Assembly: GCF_009914755.1 (NCBI RefSeq) | Contig: NC_060929.1 | Direction: 5' to 3' (one strand) | Origin: the human T2T-CHM13v2.0 reference genome, Homo sapiens | Length of the DNA stretch: 64,000 nt | Shown: piece after piece, positions 1-16,050 of the stretch | Position numbering within the stretch: the stretch's first letter is position 1 | Layout of the letters: every line of letters starts with the position of its first letter | Translations under genes and position numbers: made by a program | The notes under the pieces: model-generated | Databases searched by the model: none | What the model saw: only the letters and a program-made list of their open reading frames with translations | What the model was told of the DNA's origin: nothing

Positions 1-74
1 TCACTCCCCAGCCCCACCCTCAGTCACAGATTTCTGGTCCCTGAACCCTGGATTTCCAGGTGTCATTCCAAGGT

Positions 75-660
75 CAGGTGGAACCAAGGGCTCCATGGTC
101 TTCACCCCCTGGTGTTACTCCTGAGATTATGTTATGTTTGGTGGGAAAAGGAATTCTGCAGATGCCATTAAGGTTACTAATCAGAGAGCATCTGCATGGG
201 CCTAACCTAATCACATGAGCCTTTTAAAAGTAGGGAATTTTCTCCAGCTTGTTACAGAAGCGAGATTCTTGTTACAGTTGAGAGATTCTAATTGTGAGAG
301 GGATTCAACAAGAGGAAGCTTCTCCATTGCTGACTTTACCATGAAAGGGTCAATGGGACAAGAACTTGAGAAGCTGAGGGTAGTCCTTGCGGAGACAACA
401 GGGACTTCAGTCCTACAACCACAGCAACTGAATTCTGCCAACAACCTGAGCAAGCTTGGAAGAAGGTTCTTCTGCAAAGCCTCCAGGTAAGAGCCCAACC
501 TGACTGACACCTTGAATTCAGCCCTCTGAGACCCTAAGCAGAGAACCCAGTTGAGCCTGCCCAGCCTTCAGACCTACAGAACTGTGAGGTAGTAAACAGG
601 TGTTATTTTAAGCTGCTAAATTTGTGGTAATTTGCTATACAGCGATAGGAAATAAATGCA
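75..660 (+). mobile_element. MaLR solo LTR, MLT1E-like
   Basis: MLT1 motifs GCAGATG..ATTAAGGTTACTAATCAG, CTGAATTCTGCCAACAACCTGAG, GACCTACAGAACTGTGAG and the 3' end TTTTAAGCTGCTAAATTTGTGGTAATTTG; start is approximate. Confidence 0.8.
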
Positions 661-1122
661 GCAGCCCTCTGGGCCCTTCTGTAGCAGTACCCTCCTTGTC
701 TTCCGGACTTCAGTTCAATCAGTTCTCTACTGGGAGAGATAAAGAATGATCATTAGTAGGCACAAAATAACAACAGCTATGGTGACCACTGTTGTCCTTG
801 TTCACTGACCAATAATCCAACTGCTTCACTCTCTCTGGTTTATGCTTCCCTCCCCAAACCCACACATCCTTCACAGCTTCCTCTCTGTTCTTTCTCTAGG
901 TGAGCTTTGGCAATTTATGGTAAAAGCCTCTATCCTTGAGCTATATCCTTTATGTTCCCAGGACCCACTCGGCTTCAACATAAGCAAATAGAAATATAAA
1001 TAAAGATAAAAGTATGTGTAGATCCTGCAGAATATCTACAGTCAGGTCTGGGGCAATAAATGGGTGCCTTTAAGAGTCAGATCTGATTTGAACAGAAATA
1101 AATCAAATTAAGATCTCTGATA

Positions 1123-2172
<1,050 letters not shown>

Positions 2173-2374
2173 TTATATCTGAGATAAAAGTCCTGCATCT
2201 GAGATACATATCTGAGATAAAAACTCCCATTTGTAAGGTTCAGGGCTTTACCCAAACTACATGGTGCTCAGCAGAATGGCCATCTAGAATCTTGCACGGT
2301 TCGCATTTCATTTCTTCTTTCAGAAACCCCACTTTCCTTGGGTTTAAATGGAAAGAACCCATAAAATAAAGCTC

Positions 2375-2537
2375 TTTTTTTTTTTTTTTTTTTGAGACAG
2401 AGTCTCGCTCTGTCGCCCAGGCTGGAGTGCAGTGGCGTGATCTCAATCTCGGCTCACTGCAAGCTCCGCCTCCTGGGTCCATGCCATTCTCCTGCCTCAG
2501 CCTCTTGAGTAGCTGGGACTTCAGGCACCCGCTACCA
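2375..2537 (-). mobile_element. 5'-truncated Alu (right monomer, AluY-like)
   Basis: poly-T then GAGACAGAGTCTCGCTCTGTCGCCCAGGCTGGAGTGCAG..GCAAGCTCCGCCTCC..GCCATTCTCC; stops before the middle A-rich linker. Confidence 0.92.
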
Positions 2538-3675
2538 GAAGGGACATGCTTTTCAAGTGTCTTGCTTGATCTCCTATCATAATGAATCCTTCCTTTCTCC
2601 TTAAGCAACCTTGCTCAATCCTCTTTTTAGGACTAACTTGATTCTGTTTTGCATTGCAAGCAGTTGTTTATAGATGCCCCCTCCCACCCTTGCCCTGGCC
2701 CTCTCTGGCTCCTTAGGGGCAGAGGCCATGTCCCATTGATCTTTACACTTCCCTGGGGCCTGCACAGTGAGCAGTGAATACCCGTTGAAGGAGTTTAATT
2801 TCTGCATGGAGTTAGATTTATAGTTGAGATTTCCTTTGCTGTTAGGTTTCAGGTAGGTGCTTAAGATCCCTTGATCCAGGGAGAAAAGGGCCAGGCGGCA
2901 GTTGCCACTCAGTCTGCTTCTGAAATCTCCCCACAGGAGTAAGGAAGGGGCTGCTGGGAGGTGATGGTCCTACCATCATGAGGAGGTTGAAAGAAAGGGT
3001 AGGGGAAGGAAGCTCCGAGGGCCAACCTCACTTCCCATCCCTCAGCCAGCAGCAAGCAGGGCTGCTTCTCAAATTTGATCTGTTCTCTGCCTTGGCAAAG
3101 ACCAAGTGCATTCCCTGTATGTGAAACAATGCAGTTGCTGTTTCAAGGCAGACAAAAAGACTGTGGGTGGGAAAATATGAGGAAAGTCTTTTTCGTGACT
3201 TATTTTTTTTCAAAACGTATGTTGTGAGAAAAGGTGTCATGAAGATAAAATATGCAGTAAATTCTGAATCATGAAGGAAAAACATTTCCCACTGTCCTCT
3301 AAAATCTACTATATTTAGTTATTTATTCAATCACTCAGCACACTTCAAATGTGCCCTGACTAGGTGATGCTTCCCTTTGGGAGATTTGTGTATGTGCTTG
3401 TCTTCTAGACTGGAGGGTCTCCAGGGCTGGGACCTTCCACAGTTCGTCTTCATATCCCTAATGCCTAGCACTGTGACAGCAAGAGCTCAGGAGATGGCAG
3501 AGCCACAGAGACTGAAGGGGGCCACAGAGGTAGAGAGGAAAAAGGCAGAGCCAAGGGGCCTGGGAGGCCAAGTGCTTTAGGACAAGCACTGGCAAATGGC
3601 ACAGAAGGGCCAAGTCAGCTCATGCTGAAAAGGAGCCAAGGGATTCAGAAAACCCACTGGTCACCTGCAGGGGGC

Positions 3676-4067
3676 TGCTATGGTTTGTTGCTCCAAAATC
3701 CATATGTTGGAACCCCCAAGGTGATGGCATTAAGAGGTGGGGCCATTGGGAAGTGATTAGGCCCTGGGGGCTCCACCCTCATGGATAGGATTAGTGCCTT
3801 TATCCAAGAACCTGAGGAAGAGAGTTCTTCCCTTTTCCCCTTTTGTCCCTTCTGCCACGTGAGGACTCAATGTTTCTCTCCTCTGGAAGATGCAGCCACA
3901 GGGCACCATCTTGGAAGCAGAAAGGAGCCCTCACCAGACACCAAATCTGCCGGCACCTCAGTCTTAGACTTCCCAGCCTCCAGAACTGTGAGAAATAAAG
4001 TTTTATTATTTATAAATTACCCAGTCTGTGGTATTTTGTTAAAGCAGTAGCAATGGATTTAGGGATA
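3676..4067 (+). mobile_element. MaLR solo LTR, MLT1A/MSTD-like
   Basis: TGCTATGGTTTG start, GAGGTGGGGCC..GGGAAGTGATTAGG, GACTTCCCAGCCTCCAGAACTGTGAGAAATAAA, TTACCCAGTCTGTGGTATTTTGTT. Confidence 0.88.
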
Positions 4068-4122
4068 TTTAGGAAAGAAGGTTGATTGCAGTTGGGTCAA
4101 AAGTAAATGGAAGAAACATTCA

Positions 4123-4885
<763 letters not shown>

Positions 4886-4889
4886 AACT

Positions 4890-5239
<350 letters not shown>

Positions 5240-6354
5240 TAATGAAAATGGAAATGTATTTGGTGTTAAAATTAGTAAATGAATGGAAATTGAAGATATG
5301 GAGAAAGCACATGCAAACTACTTCTGACAAGGTTTAGTGGTGAGAGTGAGGCAGAATTCAAGGAAGGAATTTTTAGAATGTGGGAAAATTGAGCACTGCT
5401 AAATTCAGTCAAGTTACAATTTTGTATAAAGCACTATGAGGAGGCGGTGCATATCTTCTAGAATGCTTCTACTTATTAGCTCAAGATTTCAATAACACTT
5501 TGCCAGCAATGACTTTCCCACTAGAGTTAAATATGCATGAAATAACAGAATTCCTCTTTCTGTTTTTCTACCACATGTTTCTTTAATTTGTGTTTCTTTG
5601 GTGTGTGTACAGCTTTCTCTAACTAAACTGCTGATGCCATTATGGAAACTGTCACTCTTCAGAGTTGGAAAGACCCAAGAATAAAAGCTGACTCTGACTT
5701 GTTTGGTCTGGCGTGGCTGGGGATACTGCAGGAGTGTATTTGTTTTTCATTAATTTGTTTGTCATTTTTCTCCATGATCTATGGAACATTTATTTCCCCT
5801 GAAGCAAAAAGACCTGAAATGTCAAAGGTTTTTTGGTTTCTGTTGGGGTAATGAATTGTTGAGAAAAAGAGATTTTTTCTTATATGCTATTTTATTGTAG
5901 AAAGAGACATTTTGTGACCTTTTGCTGTTTTACAGTGATAATGAATTTTCTGACAGACTTGGAAACTTTGGGCTTCTATGTTAAAATAATAAAGTTTGAG
6001 GAATAACCTTGACCTGGACCTTTGGAGAATTAATCAAATACAGATTTTGGAAAATTGATGACTTTGGTCTTTATCAAGACACTCTAGTTTATTACTGTCA
6101 TCAAGGCAGTACACAGATTTATACCACATAAAAACATCCAACAATTAACTACAGACCCAAGTCCCTGAACAGAGATTTTGACACTCTTGGTGGTTGGGAG
6201 GTTTAGGCCCAGGAGACCTTCAGCCTGATCAGTGTTGCTTTGTTGCCTTTTTTCTTTGTTCTTTTTCAAAAATTTAGTTGCAAAAGTAATAGGTACACTG
6301 AATTGAATAAAAACGATACTAAAAATTATACATAATCTCACCCTCTAAAGCTAA

Positions 6355-6700
<346 letters not shown>

Positions 6701-7657
6701 TCTAATCCTGTTTTAATGTCTATATTATTTTTACACAACTGAGATACTGAATACAAAATTTTATTATTTTGTGGTTTTTCCTCTCAAATATTGCATATAA
6801 TGTTTTGTTTCTAATCTCAAAACACTTTAAAGGAAAACTGTAGGAACATTAATAAATTCTACCATTGTCCCTATGAATGTGATGATTAGATCCATTTTTC
6901 ACATGCTCTGAAATTGTAGGTGTGTTTTTGCTTTTATTTTTGGGAGGTGAGAAAACAGGTTCACTGAGTCCAGGAGGCAGGCCAAGCTCACATAATGATG
7001 ACACTGGGCAAGATGCTCTGTGTCCCTTGGAGACACAGTAACTGACCAATGGGTGTCCCAGTGACTACTTTGGCCTGGTGTGTAATACCAGGCCACAGAA
7101 ATCTCTCAGCCATTTAAGAGGCATGAGCATGGGGAATTTTCCTCTTTTGCACAAAGTAGTGGCACTCCTAATCACCTAGTTTCTCTACTAAAACTCTTTC
7201 TGGGGACTTTTTGGGGTTTGCCTATACCCATCCATAGTACTTCCGCAAGATCAGAGGAAGTACTTGAAAGAAGTCAGAACCCATAGCCTAAGTAGGTTTC
7301 CCCAAGAATGTTCATAGGAGAAGAAATCTGCTACCTGATTCTTGATTTCCAGGGACCTTCTTCTAGGGTGGTAGATACTGAGCTCCTTGCCATTTTTTAG
7401 AAGCTTGGGTTTTCTTTCTGAATGTTCACATAAGGAGAAAACCAGGAACAAAAGGAAAAGAGACCAAGCTTCTGTGATGAGCTCTAAAATCTTCATGTCT
7501 TGCTGGCTTGAATATATCTTAAACTTTTTTTCAGCAAATGCATCATGTTACTTTAGGATCAGAAAACATTTTGGCATTTGGATAATCTGAAAGATAATGT
7601 AAATTGCTATACAACTAGCTTAAATAGAAATGTGGGGGAAGAGATTATAAATACTTA

Positions 7658-8031
7658 TGATATAATTTGGATATCTGTTTCCTCCAAATCTCATGTTGAA
7701 ATGTGATCCCCAATGTTGGAGGGGGGGCACAGTGGGGAGTGTTTGGGCCATAGGGGCAGATCTCTCATAAATGGCTTGATGCCCTCCTTGAGTCTTGTTC
7801 TGTTCATGTTTTAAAGAGCTGTTCTTTAAAAGAGCCTGGCATCTCTCTTGCTGCCACTCTTGCCATGTGCATACCTGCTCTCCCTTTGCCTTCTGTCTGA
7901 GGCCTCATCATAAGCTGAGCAGATGCTGGTGCCATGCTTGTACAGCCTGCAGAATCATGAGCGAAATAAACCTCTTTTAAATTACCCAGTCTCAGACATT
8001 CCTTTACAGCAACGCAAAACAGACTAATACA
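7658..8031 (+). mobile_element. MaLR solo LTR, MSTB-like
   Basis: TGATATAATTTGGATAT..CCAAATCTCATGTTGAAATGTGATCCCCAATGTTGGAGG..AACAGACTAATACA; 5-bp TSD ACTTA/ATTTA. Confidence 0.9.
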
Positions 8032-8174
8032 ATTTATAAAACAGTTCTGAAATTCAAGGTCTTACATCTCTGTCTTTAATTAGATATCTTAGAAAAAATA
8101 TTTAGTCTTAAATACTTATACAAATATTTTAAATTCTAAAGATTGAGCTTCAAATTGGGTGAAAGTCCTCTAGA

Positions 8175-8320
8175 CTAGGGGCTCAATATTCAAATTGTAG
8201 TCAGAGACCCAGCAGTATTGGCACCACTCAGGAGTCTGTTAGAAATGCTGAATTTGGGCCCCACCCCAGCCTGACTGAATCAGGTGATTCGTGTGCACAT
8301 TCAGGTATGAAAGGCACTGC
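8175..8320 (+). mobile_element. MER5A-like hAT MITE
   Basis: GACCCAGCAG..TGTTAGAAATGC..GGCCCCACCCCAG..ACTGAATCAG..GGTGATTC..GCACTG. Confidence 0.75.
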
Positions 8321-9778
8321 TTTAAGTGTAGGGTAATAGACCAGATGTGTGGAATGCCAATGTTTTCACCTAGTATTCCCAGGTGAGTTCCTAGGATATA
8401 CAGGAAAGTTATCAGACCTGTTCACAGCCTGCTGTTTTCTTCCTCATTAATAGCCTAATTTCTGGTATTATCTTTTCATCATGACTTAACTAATCATCAG
8501 AATCTGCCCCCAACTGCTGAGAGAGACAGTAGCTCATAACTATCTGTGATTTTCTGAAGTAGGAAAACAATGCCAAGATTATTGTCCTCTTGGTTTTCAG
8601 TCAGGTTAAGATAGGCAGAAAAGAAGATGGCTGGTTTAAAAGCATTTTAACAGCTGCACTGGTAATATACTGCATTTTGACAGATGTGGTTAGTAACTCT
8701 AAGGAGTGCATTTTTCTCTCACTTGCTTACTTTTGTTTCTAGAAGTAAAACAGCCTATGGGTAATAATAAGTTTTCAGAAGTATTCAAAAGTAGGCCTAC
8801 GGTCAGGAATGTGTTTGGTTTAGCAGTTAGGAGAATTTAAACTCAAATCCAGTTGGTTTTTAATTCAGCTTAATCACCAAAACCTGATAAAGTGCCACCA
8901 AGTTATCTAAAAGCAAGCAGATACTGCACAATGGAAGAGTTGATGTCATCCTTGGAGCTGCCAAACCATCAACAATTTGGAAAGCGATTTTAAAGAGAAA
9001 ATGTAAAATATGAAAAATGTAGTTCTTAGCTTTTCTTACATGCTCTTCCAAGTGTCTGTGATTTATGGGCATCTTTTTCCTTTCTTTTCTAAATTGGTTT
9101 TCACTGTCATTATTTTCATTTAAAAAATGTTTATTCATTTCAGCTCAATGCAGGGTAAATGCTGCTGTTTATAATTTGTGGAAAGACTAAGAAAAAAATC
9201 CCATATACATTTGAAAATATGATTACAATTAGAAAAAGGGAAAGGTTTAGATTCCTTTTCAGTCTCTAACATTTGTTTTTTAAAACATTAGTTGTTAACA
9301 ATTAGAAATCAAGTACTATATTCTAACTTGTCCAAAAAATAACCCAGATCCAATCTTCAACTTTCTTTAAATAAAATGTATTTATGTCACAAATAATTCT
9401 TATATCTCAGTCAAAAGATAAGGGAAGGTAGTACTTAAGCTGACTTTCTCATTCCTCTTTTATTATTTTTTTCTTTTTTGAGAAAGAAGCTAAAAGTCAG
9501 CTATAAGCACTGAACTATTTTTTTCGAAGGAGTTTTTACAAAATGATGTAAAAGAAAGGATCTGAAATGAATATAAATAGTTCAAATACCCATGACTTCC
9601 TCTTTAAGTCATTTTAAATTTATACTAATGTCAGTCTCAAGTAAACCTCAGTCTCTTAAACTTGCCATCAATTAAGCCAAATCTAAGCTTTCTTACGTCT
9701 CACTTTACAAACAAGCATTAGCTATTACAATCAAGTACCTCTGACATCTATCCAATCTTTTCCATAGATCTTTTTTAA

Positions 9779-10109
<331 letters not shown>

Positions 10110-10139
10110 CCTTTTTTCATTTTTTCTTTAAGAAAAGAC

Positions 10140-10290
10140 ATTTATTCAACAACTACTTATTGTGCTACTGTTCTAGATGTTTGGGTATAGAAAAGAACAC
10201 AAAAGACTAAATTGTCTGCCCTCGTGGAACTTGTATTTTAATGGAGACAGGAGGATGATAAATAAATATTTAAAAAATAATATGTGCTCT
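10140..10290 (-). mobile_element. L2 3' remnant
   Basis: ATTTATTCAACAACTACTTATTG..CTGTTCTAGATG..CTGCCCTCGTGGAACTT, typical antisense L2 3' end. Confidence 0.65.
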
Positions 10291-10955
10291 AAAGAAAGGC
10301 AGGTACTGGGGGCAGGGGGTAGCTACACAGTGCCTAGAACACAGTGCACTGTCAACAATGGTTAGTTTCTTTTCTTTATTGCTCTCCATGTGATTTCTCT
10401 CAACTCCTTTTACTTAATTGTGTATATTCTCTGGTTCAAAACTGCTTCTGTGAAGGCATTTAGGAAAGAAAACAAATAGCACAGGTGTTACCCCTCATGT
10501 ATTAAAGGAAGAAGCTAAAGCTGACTGCAAGCTCTTTTGCTGTGAAAACAGTATGATACCCCCAAAATAAGTGAGAGAGATACTAACAGACTTCTACAAA
10601 CATTCCAAATTTGAAAATAAGGGCAGGTAACAGGGCAGAATGGAAGCCTCCAAGGGGGAACCTATTTGGCTGCCATGGGTCAGGAGCATTAGGAATCACC
10701 TATGACAGGAAGTCCCAGAGCATCCCTGGCATATCAGAAGGAAAGGGCACCTACAGGGGGTTCATCCTAATAGGGGCACAGCCAGCTGCATACCTAGAAC
10801 AGAGTCCAGATAGTGACAAGAGACTGTAAACCTGGCCCCAGATCAACGGCTCCATCAAATAGAGCCCACCTAGACATGATTTTCTCTTTCTAGGATGGCC
10901 CACTGTACCAGTCACTTCTCATCCATAGGCTATTAGACCACTAAACTAGTTATAA

Positions 10956-11303
<348 letters not shown>

Positions 11304-11654
11304 TAACACTTTGCTGAGATGGATTCCAAGGATAATCCAGCAATATCATTTTTAGTAAAAACCAGCCTACAAAGGAAAATTTATATTTTACTCATATGAC
11401 TGAATCAGGCCCACCCAGGACTTCCTCTTGGTTGAGGCACTTAAGGATATGGGACTTGGATTACATCTATCAAGTCCTTTCAGGCAGTGCCTAAACCAGC
11501 CTTTGTTTGGATAATTGGGAGAGAAATGGCTAGACTTTGACTAGGGCTGTCATTCCAAAGAATTCTGGGACCCACAGTCCTAACGGCAAAACAAGAGTCT
11601 CTACAAATAAACTTCCACAATTTCTGATTTTTTTTTTTTTTTACTTCACTGAGA

Positions 11655-11770
11655 GTTTCCGGTCAAACAGGAAGTGCTGAAACCCCAGCATCTATATAAC
11701 CACCTGTGGAATTAGCAGATTTTTCTTTATTTTGGGATTAAAATAGTGCAGACACAAAGGGACTTTCCTG
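11655..11770. promoter_or_regulatory. candidate enhancer/promoter: ETS, E-box and NF-kB motif cluster
   Basis: TTTCCGG 11656-11662, ACAGGAAGTG 11667-11676, TATATAA 11693-11699, CACCTG 11701-11706, GGGACTTTCC 11759-11768 in apparently unique DNA; motif evidence only. Confidence 0.4.
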
Positions 11771-12489
11771 TGGACAACAGCAATAGCTGTTTTAAAAATT
11801 CTACAAACTAAGAATAGGAGGGAGTTTTCTTACACTGATAAAGAGTATTAAAAAAATCTGCAATCGATATCATACTGAACGGTGAAATGTTGAAAGCTCT
11901 CCCTAAATAGAAATAGAAAAAGCCCACCAAAATATTAACAATGCTTATTTCTGGGTAGCAGAATAATAGGCTTAGGGTGATTTTTTTTGTGTGTATTTTT
12001 AAAAATTTTGAGCTTTTCTGTATTTTTAAAAATTTCTTGCACCACCCCCCCATCTATTATTTGTACAAAAGGAGCTTCCCTGCTGCATACAGGATGAAAT
12101 CCCATCTCCTTAGTGTGACATATTGTCCTTGTTTAGCTTTCCCATCTCTTCTTTCATGCCTCCCCTTTGTCCCCCAAATAGGCTCACACACCTTTTGCTC
12201 ACAGCCTTTTCTATTTCCTTTGATGGTCTTTTCCACCTAGGAACTCTTTGAGGTTCAGTGGAGGTGAAAGAGGGCCTGAGTGTTTTAGCCCTCCTTCACT
12301 CTCATAGCAACTATCAGACTCCATGGAAATGATCTGACAATTAAGTACAACTTGTAACGTCTCTACCACCATAGCTTTCAACTGTTATCTGATTTTCTTT
12401 TAACTTTTTGTATGTTCTTGTTCTCTCCAACTAGGTTATAAGCGACTTGTTGTATTTTTCATGAAGTCTAGGGCAACACAGCAGGTATT

Positions 12490-13060
12490 TGTGGTAGCAG
12501 AATAATGGCCCCCTAAAGATATCCACGTCCCAATCCCAGGACCTGTGAATATGTTAGGTTACACGGCAAAGGGGCATTCAGGCTGCAGATGGAATTAAGA
12601 TTGCTAATCAGCTGACTTTCAAATAGGGAGGTGATTCTAGATTATTTATCCAGGTGGGCCCAATGTTATCACAAGAGTCCAGAAAAGTTGAAGAAGGAGG
12701 CAGAACAGGTCAGACAAGATGAGATGATGGAAGCCAGGTTCAAAGAATGTGCTAGAAAAGGACCCAACCTTCCATTGCTGGCTTTGAAGATGGAGGAAGG
12801 AGGCCATGGGCCAAGGAATGTAGGCAGCCTCTAGAAGCAGGAAAAGGCAAGGAAATGGGATGTCCCCTCAGCCTTTGGAAGGGACTGCAGCCCTGCCAAT
12901 CGGTACCCTGGATTTAGTCCAGTGAGACCCATGTCAGACTTCTGACCTACAGAACTGAAAACATTCAAAAAATACGAAAATAGAGTGATGGTTAAGTATT
13001 GGTTGTTTTAAGCCATTGAGTTTATGGTAATTTGTTTGATCAGTGATAGAAAACTAATAG
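12490..13060 (+). mobile_element. MaLR solo LTR, MLT1D-like
   Basis: TGTGGTAGCAGAATAATGGCCCCC..ACCTGTGAATATGTTAGGTTACACGGCAAAGGGG..GCTGGCTTTGAAGATGGAGGAAG..GACTTCTGACCTACAGAACTG. Confidence 0.92.
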
Positions 13061-15399
13061 TGTTAAATATTCTTTTCCTTCATTCACATTAAAATCAAGA
13101 AAGATAAAACTAAAGTTGTTGAAGTAATGGACAAATTTAAAGATATCCTTTTTGAGAACACCTTTCCTAATCACTCCCAAATGCTGTCACTTCTTCATTT
13201 GTCCTTACTGCTTATATTATATCACTTATCATTTGTTCTACTTTATTTTATAACTGTGTTAATATCCTTTCCTGGGCATATGTTTTCCTCTGATTCAAAA
13301 GAATCTTTAGAAGCAGGGGCCATATACTCATTCCCTAGGTATTTTCTGCCAGAGGTAACAGACTTCAGTCTATAAATGCCTGATTACTAACATCTTACAT
13401 TATGGGTTACTAAACAGGCCGTTTAGTCTGTTTTCAACAACGTCCCAGAAATGTTTTCAAAAGTTTTATTTCAGCCTTATACACAAGCACCCTAAAACCC
13501 CTAAAAATTCTGACAAGATCAATAAATATTTACAAAATAGATTTACTTTGTAAATTTTAATTTCATTGGATATGTTCCCTAAAATTTTATGAGGTTTTAT
13601 GTTTTTACAGAATTTTATGGTAGACTCTTTCAAGAAAGATGGATATATTTATCTTTACAGATGGTAAGACTGGGGAACTGAGGTAGGAGAATGACTGGTC
13701 CAGACTGGGAGAGGAAAAAAGGAGTCTGGACACCACCAAATCTTTACCAGACCTGGGGAGGCTCCAGGGTGGAAGACGGAAGGGGCGGAGCCACTGGACC
13801 TGAGAGGGACTGTTTGGAAGTTAGTCTGCTTTTGTGTTGAAATTCAAAATCAGCATAGAACCTTTAATCAACTATAATTAACAGGCTACACTTGGAAGCT
13901 ATGGCTAAAATTTCTAGGCTGTACCAGAATTAAAGAAAAGTAAGCAAATAAATAAATGGTCAGTTGGACATGAGACAGTTTGGCATCAAAGTAACCCTGG
14001 GGAAAAAAAAACAAACGCTGATGTACAAATGGAGTTATGGGCCACTAACCACGTGGTGCTGTAGAGAAGGGATCTGGTGAGGCAGCTGGCCCTTCATCAA
14101 ATGGCCTAACTCCAGATGCAGGGCCAGGCCAAGTCCTTCAGGTCAGCTTCTGTGATCTGGCTCAGAGAAGCCCTAGAAAATGTTGCTTACCCTGATTTCT
14201 CCAAACATAAAATTGGGGCAGTGGGATTTGCCATTTCTGCGTAGCCTAGGCCAGTGGTGAGAGTTAATTAGTGTTTTTAAAGTGCTGTGGATTTGGTTTG
14301 GTTTGTGTATTTTCTCGGGATGAAAGCCAGGATGCCAGCACCAAGTGTTAACAGTGAAGGTTTCATGCGTGCTCCTTGAGATGTGCTGTGTGAAGTGGGG
14401 TGGAGGGGATACGAGGCTTGTGGGACTGCCTTTGGCATCAAAAAGGCCACATTTCCAAACAGACTTTAGTGCTCCCCAAAGCGGAGGGGGCAGACTAGAA
14501 GACTTTGAAAATTAAAAAGGAGAAAGCTATCTGTGTTTTGGCTCTGTGATTGAGGGCATGTAGCAACCCACACCAAGGAAAATTTGACGAGCTGCTAAAG
14601 ACAAATATTGGCAACTAGAGACGACACAAAATTCTAACTGCTCTGACCTAGTACAGGCAGGCACGGAAGCAGCAACTCCCACTCTATAAGAACCCAGCAG
14701 ATTTCAGATATTCCATGCTTACCGGAACCCTCCTTGGAGGTGGTTTTCACAAATAAAGCTTTATGGCTTTATTCCTGATTAAGGAAGTCACATGTGCTCA
14801 TAATTTAAAATTAAAACTAGAGAAATACATAAAGTGAAAAGTGCAACTTTCCCACCCTGCCCCAATCGTAGCAGCCAGAATGTAATTGTTGTTCACTGTT
14901 GTTTGGACATATTTACAGGAGATATTGTTATAATCGTTCCCAACGTATAGGTGATGAAACAGATGGCTGGAAGAACTTACCCACAAGCTCACAGGAAATA
15001 AGTCAGAGCTGGTATTGAATAAAACCCAGGGCTTTCTGGCACCCCCAAACTCTACCTGTTTTACTAGGTGACACTGCCCACCCCACACACAGCTCCCTCA
15101 TCCCCCCAGCACCCTCCAGTGGAGTGAATACAAGGCACTGACAGGGCTTCCATGACTAGCTCTACAAGCAGAAGCTACCACCATCTGCAGAGTCAGATTA
15201 CATGTGAATCTAGCAAGGCTAATGTGACTACTCGACCCATTTTTCCAGCCTCCTTTAAATGAGTCATGTCCCATCAACATGCTATTATATAGGTGAGATG
15301 ATCGTAACTCATATCTGGGTGCCCTTCTCCCACAAGACAAGGGTAGGACACAAAGCGATGAGACCTGCGAAATCAGTAGGACATGATGTACATGCCGGG

Positions 15400-15530
15400 T
15401 CTGAACAGCCCTGAGTTCCAGCTCTGATATTTAACAGCATGCATGACCTGGTGCCTCAGTTTCTTCACTTGGATTATAAAGAGTGAACAAACTGCCAAGG
15501 GGCCCTTAGCCTCTGGCATTCTATGCAATG
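15400..15530 (+). mobile_element. MIR remnant
   Basis: CTGAGTTCCAGCTCTG..ATGACCTGG..GCCTCAGTTTCTTCAC core. Confidence 0.6.
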
Positions 15531-15739
15531 CTGAGCAATCTGTAGCAGGGTGAGCCCCATGCATTCCCCCTAACTCTTGATTCTGCTTAATATCTAATTT
15601 CAGGCTGAAAGAAAGATGCCTCTGTGTCACTACTTCTCTAATAGACCCAAAAAGAAATAAAAATGCCTTGAAAATGATGTATGAAATTACTATTGTTCTC
15701 ATTAGACTGATTCTAATCGAATCAGCTGATGATAAATTA

Positions 15740-16050
15740 TTCATTTATTAGCATGCATTCTTTCAATATGTATTAATCTCTTATACATAAGACACCGAGA
15801 GAACTATACAATGAAGCCTTGCTCTCCTTATAGCTCCGGATGGGGAAAACACGTGAATATAAATACTGCACTATGAGGCAGCAAGAGCTCACCGTCCTGG
15901 GAAGCTCCAGAGAAACTCAAGGGACTCAAGTTCAAAAGAATCAGAGAGGGCTTCACGGAGGAGTAGGAATGTGCACTGAACTCTACAGAAGGCGCAGGGC
16001 AACAAGGGAGATAAACAGGACTGAAGGAGGGCATTGCAATGGTGCCGAAT
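15740..16050 (-). mobile_element. L2 remnant
   Basis: TTCATTTATT..ATGCATTC..TATGTATTAA..AATCAGAGAGGGCTTCACGGAGGAG. Confidence 0.55.

Noticed and set aside
8860-9138. Possible host coding exon in unique DNA
   Set aside because: No recognisable protein similarity and no convincing acceptor/donor pair.
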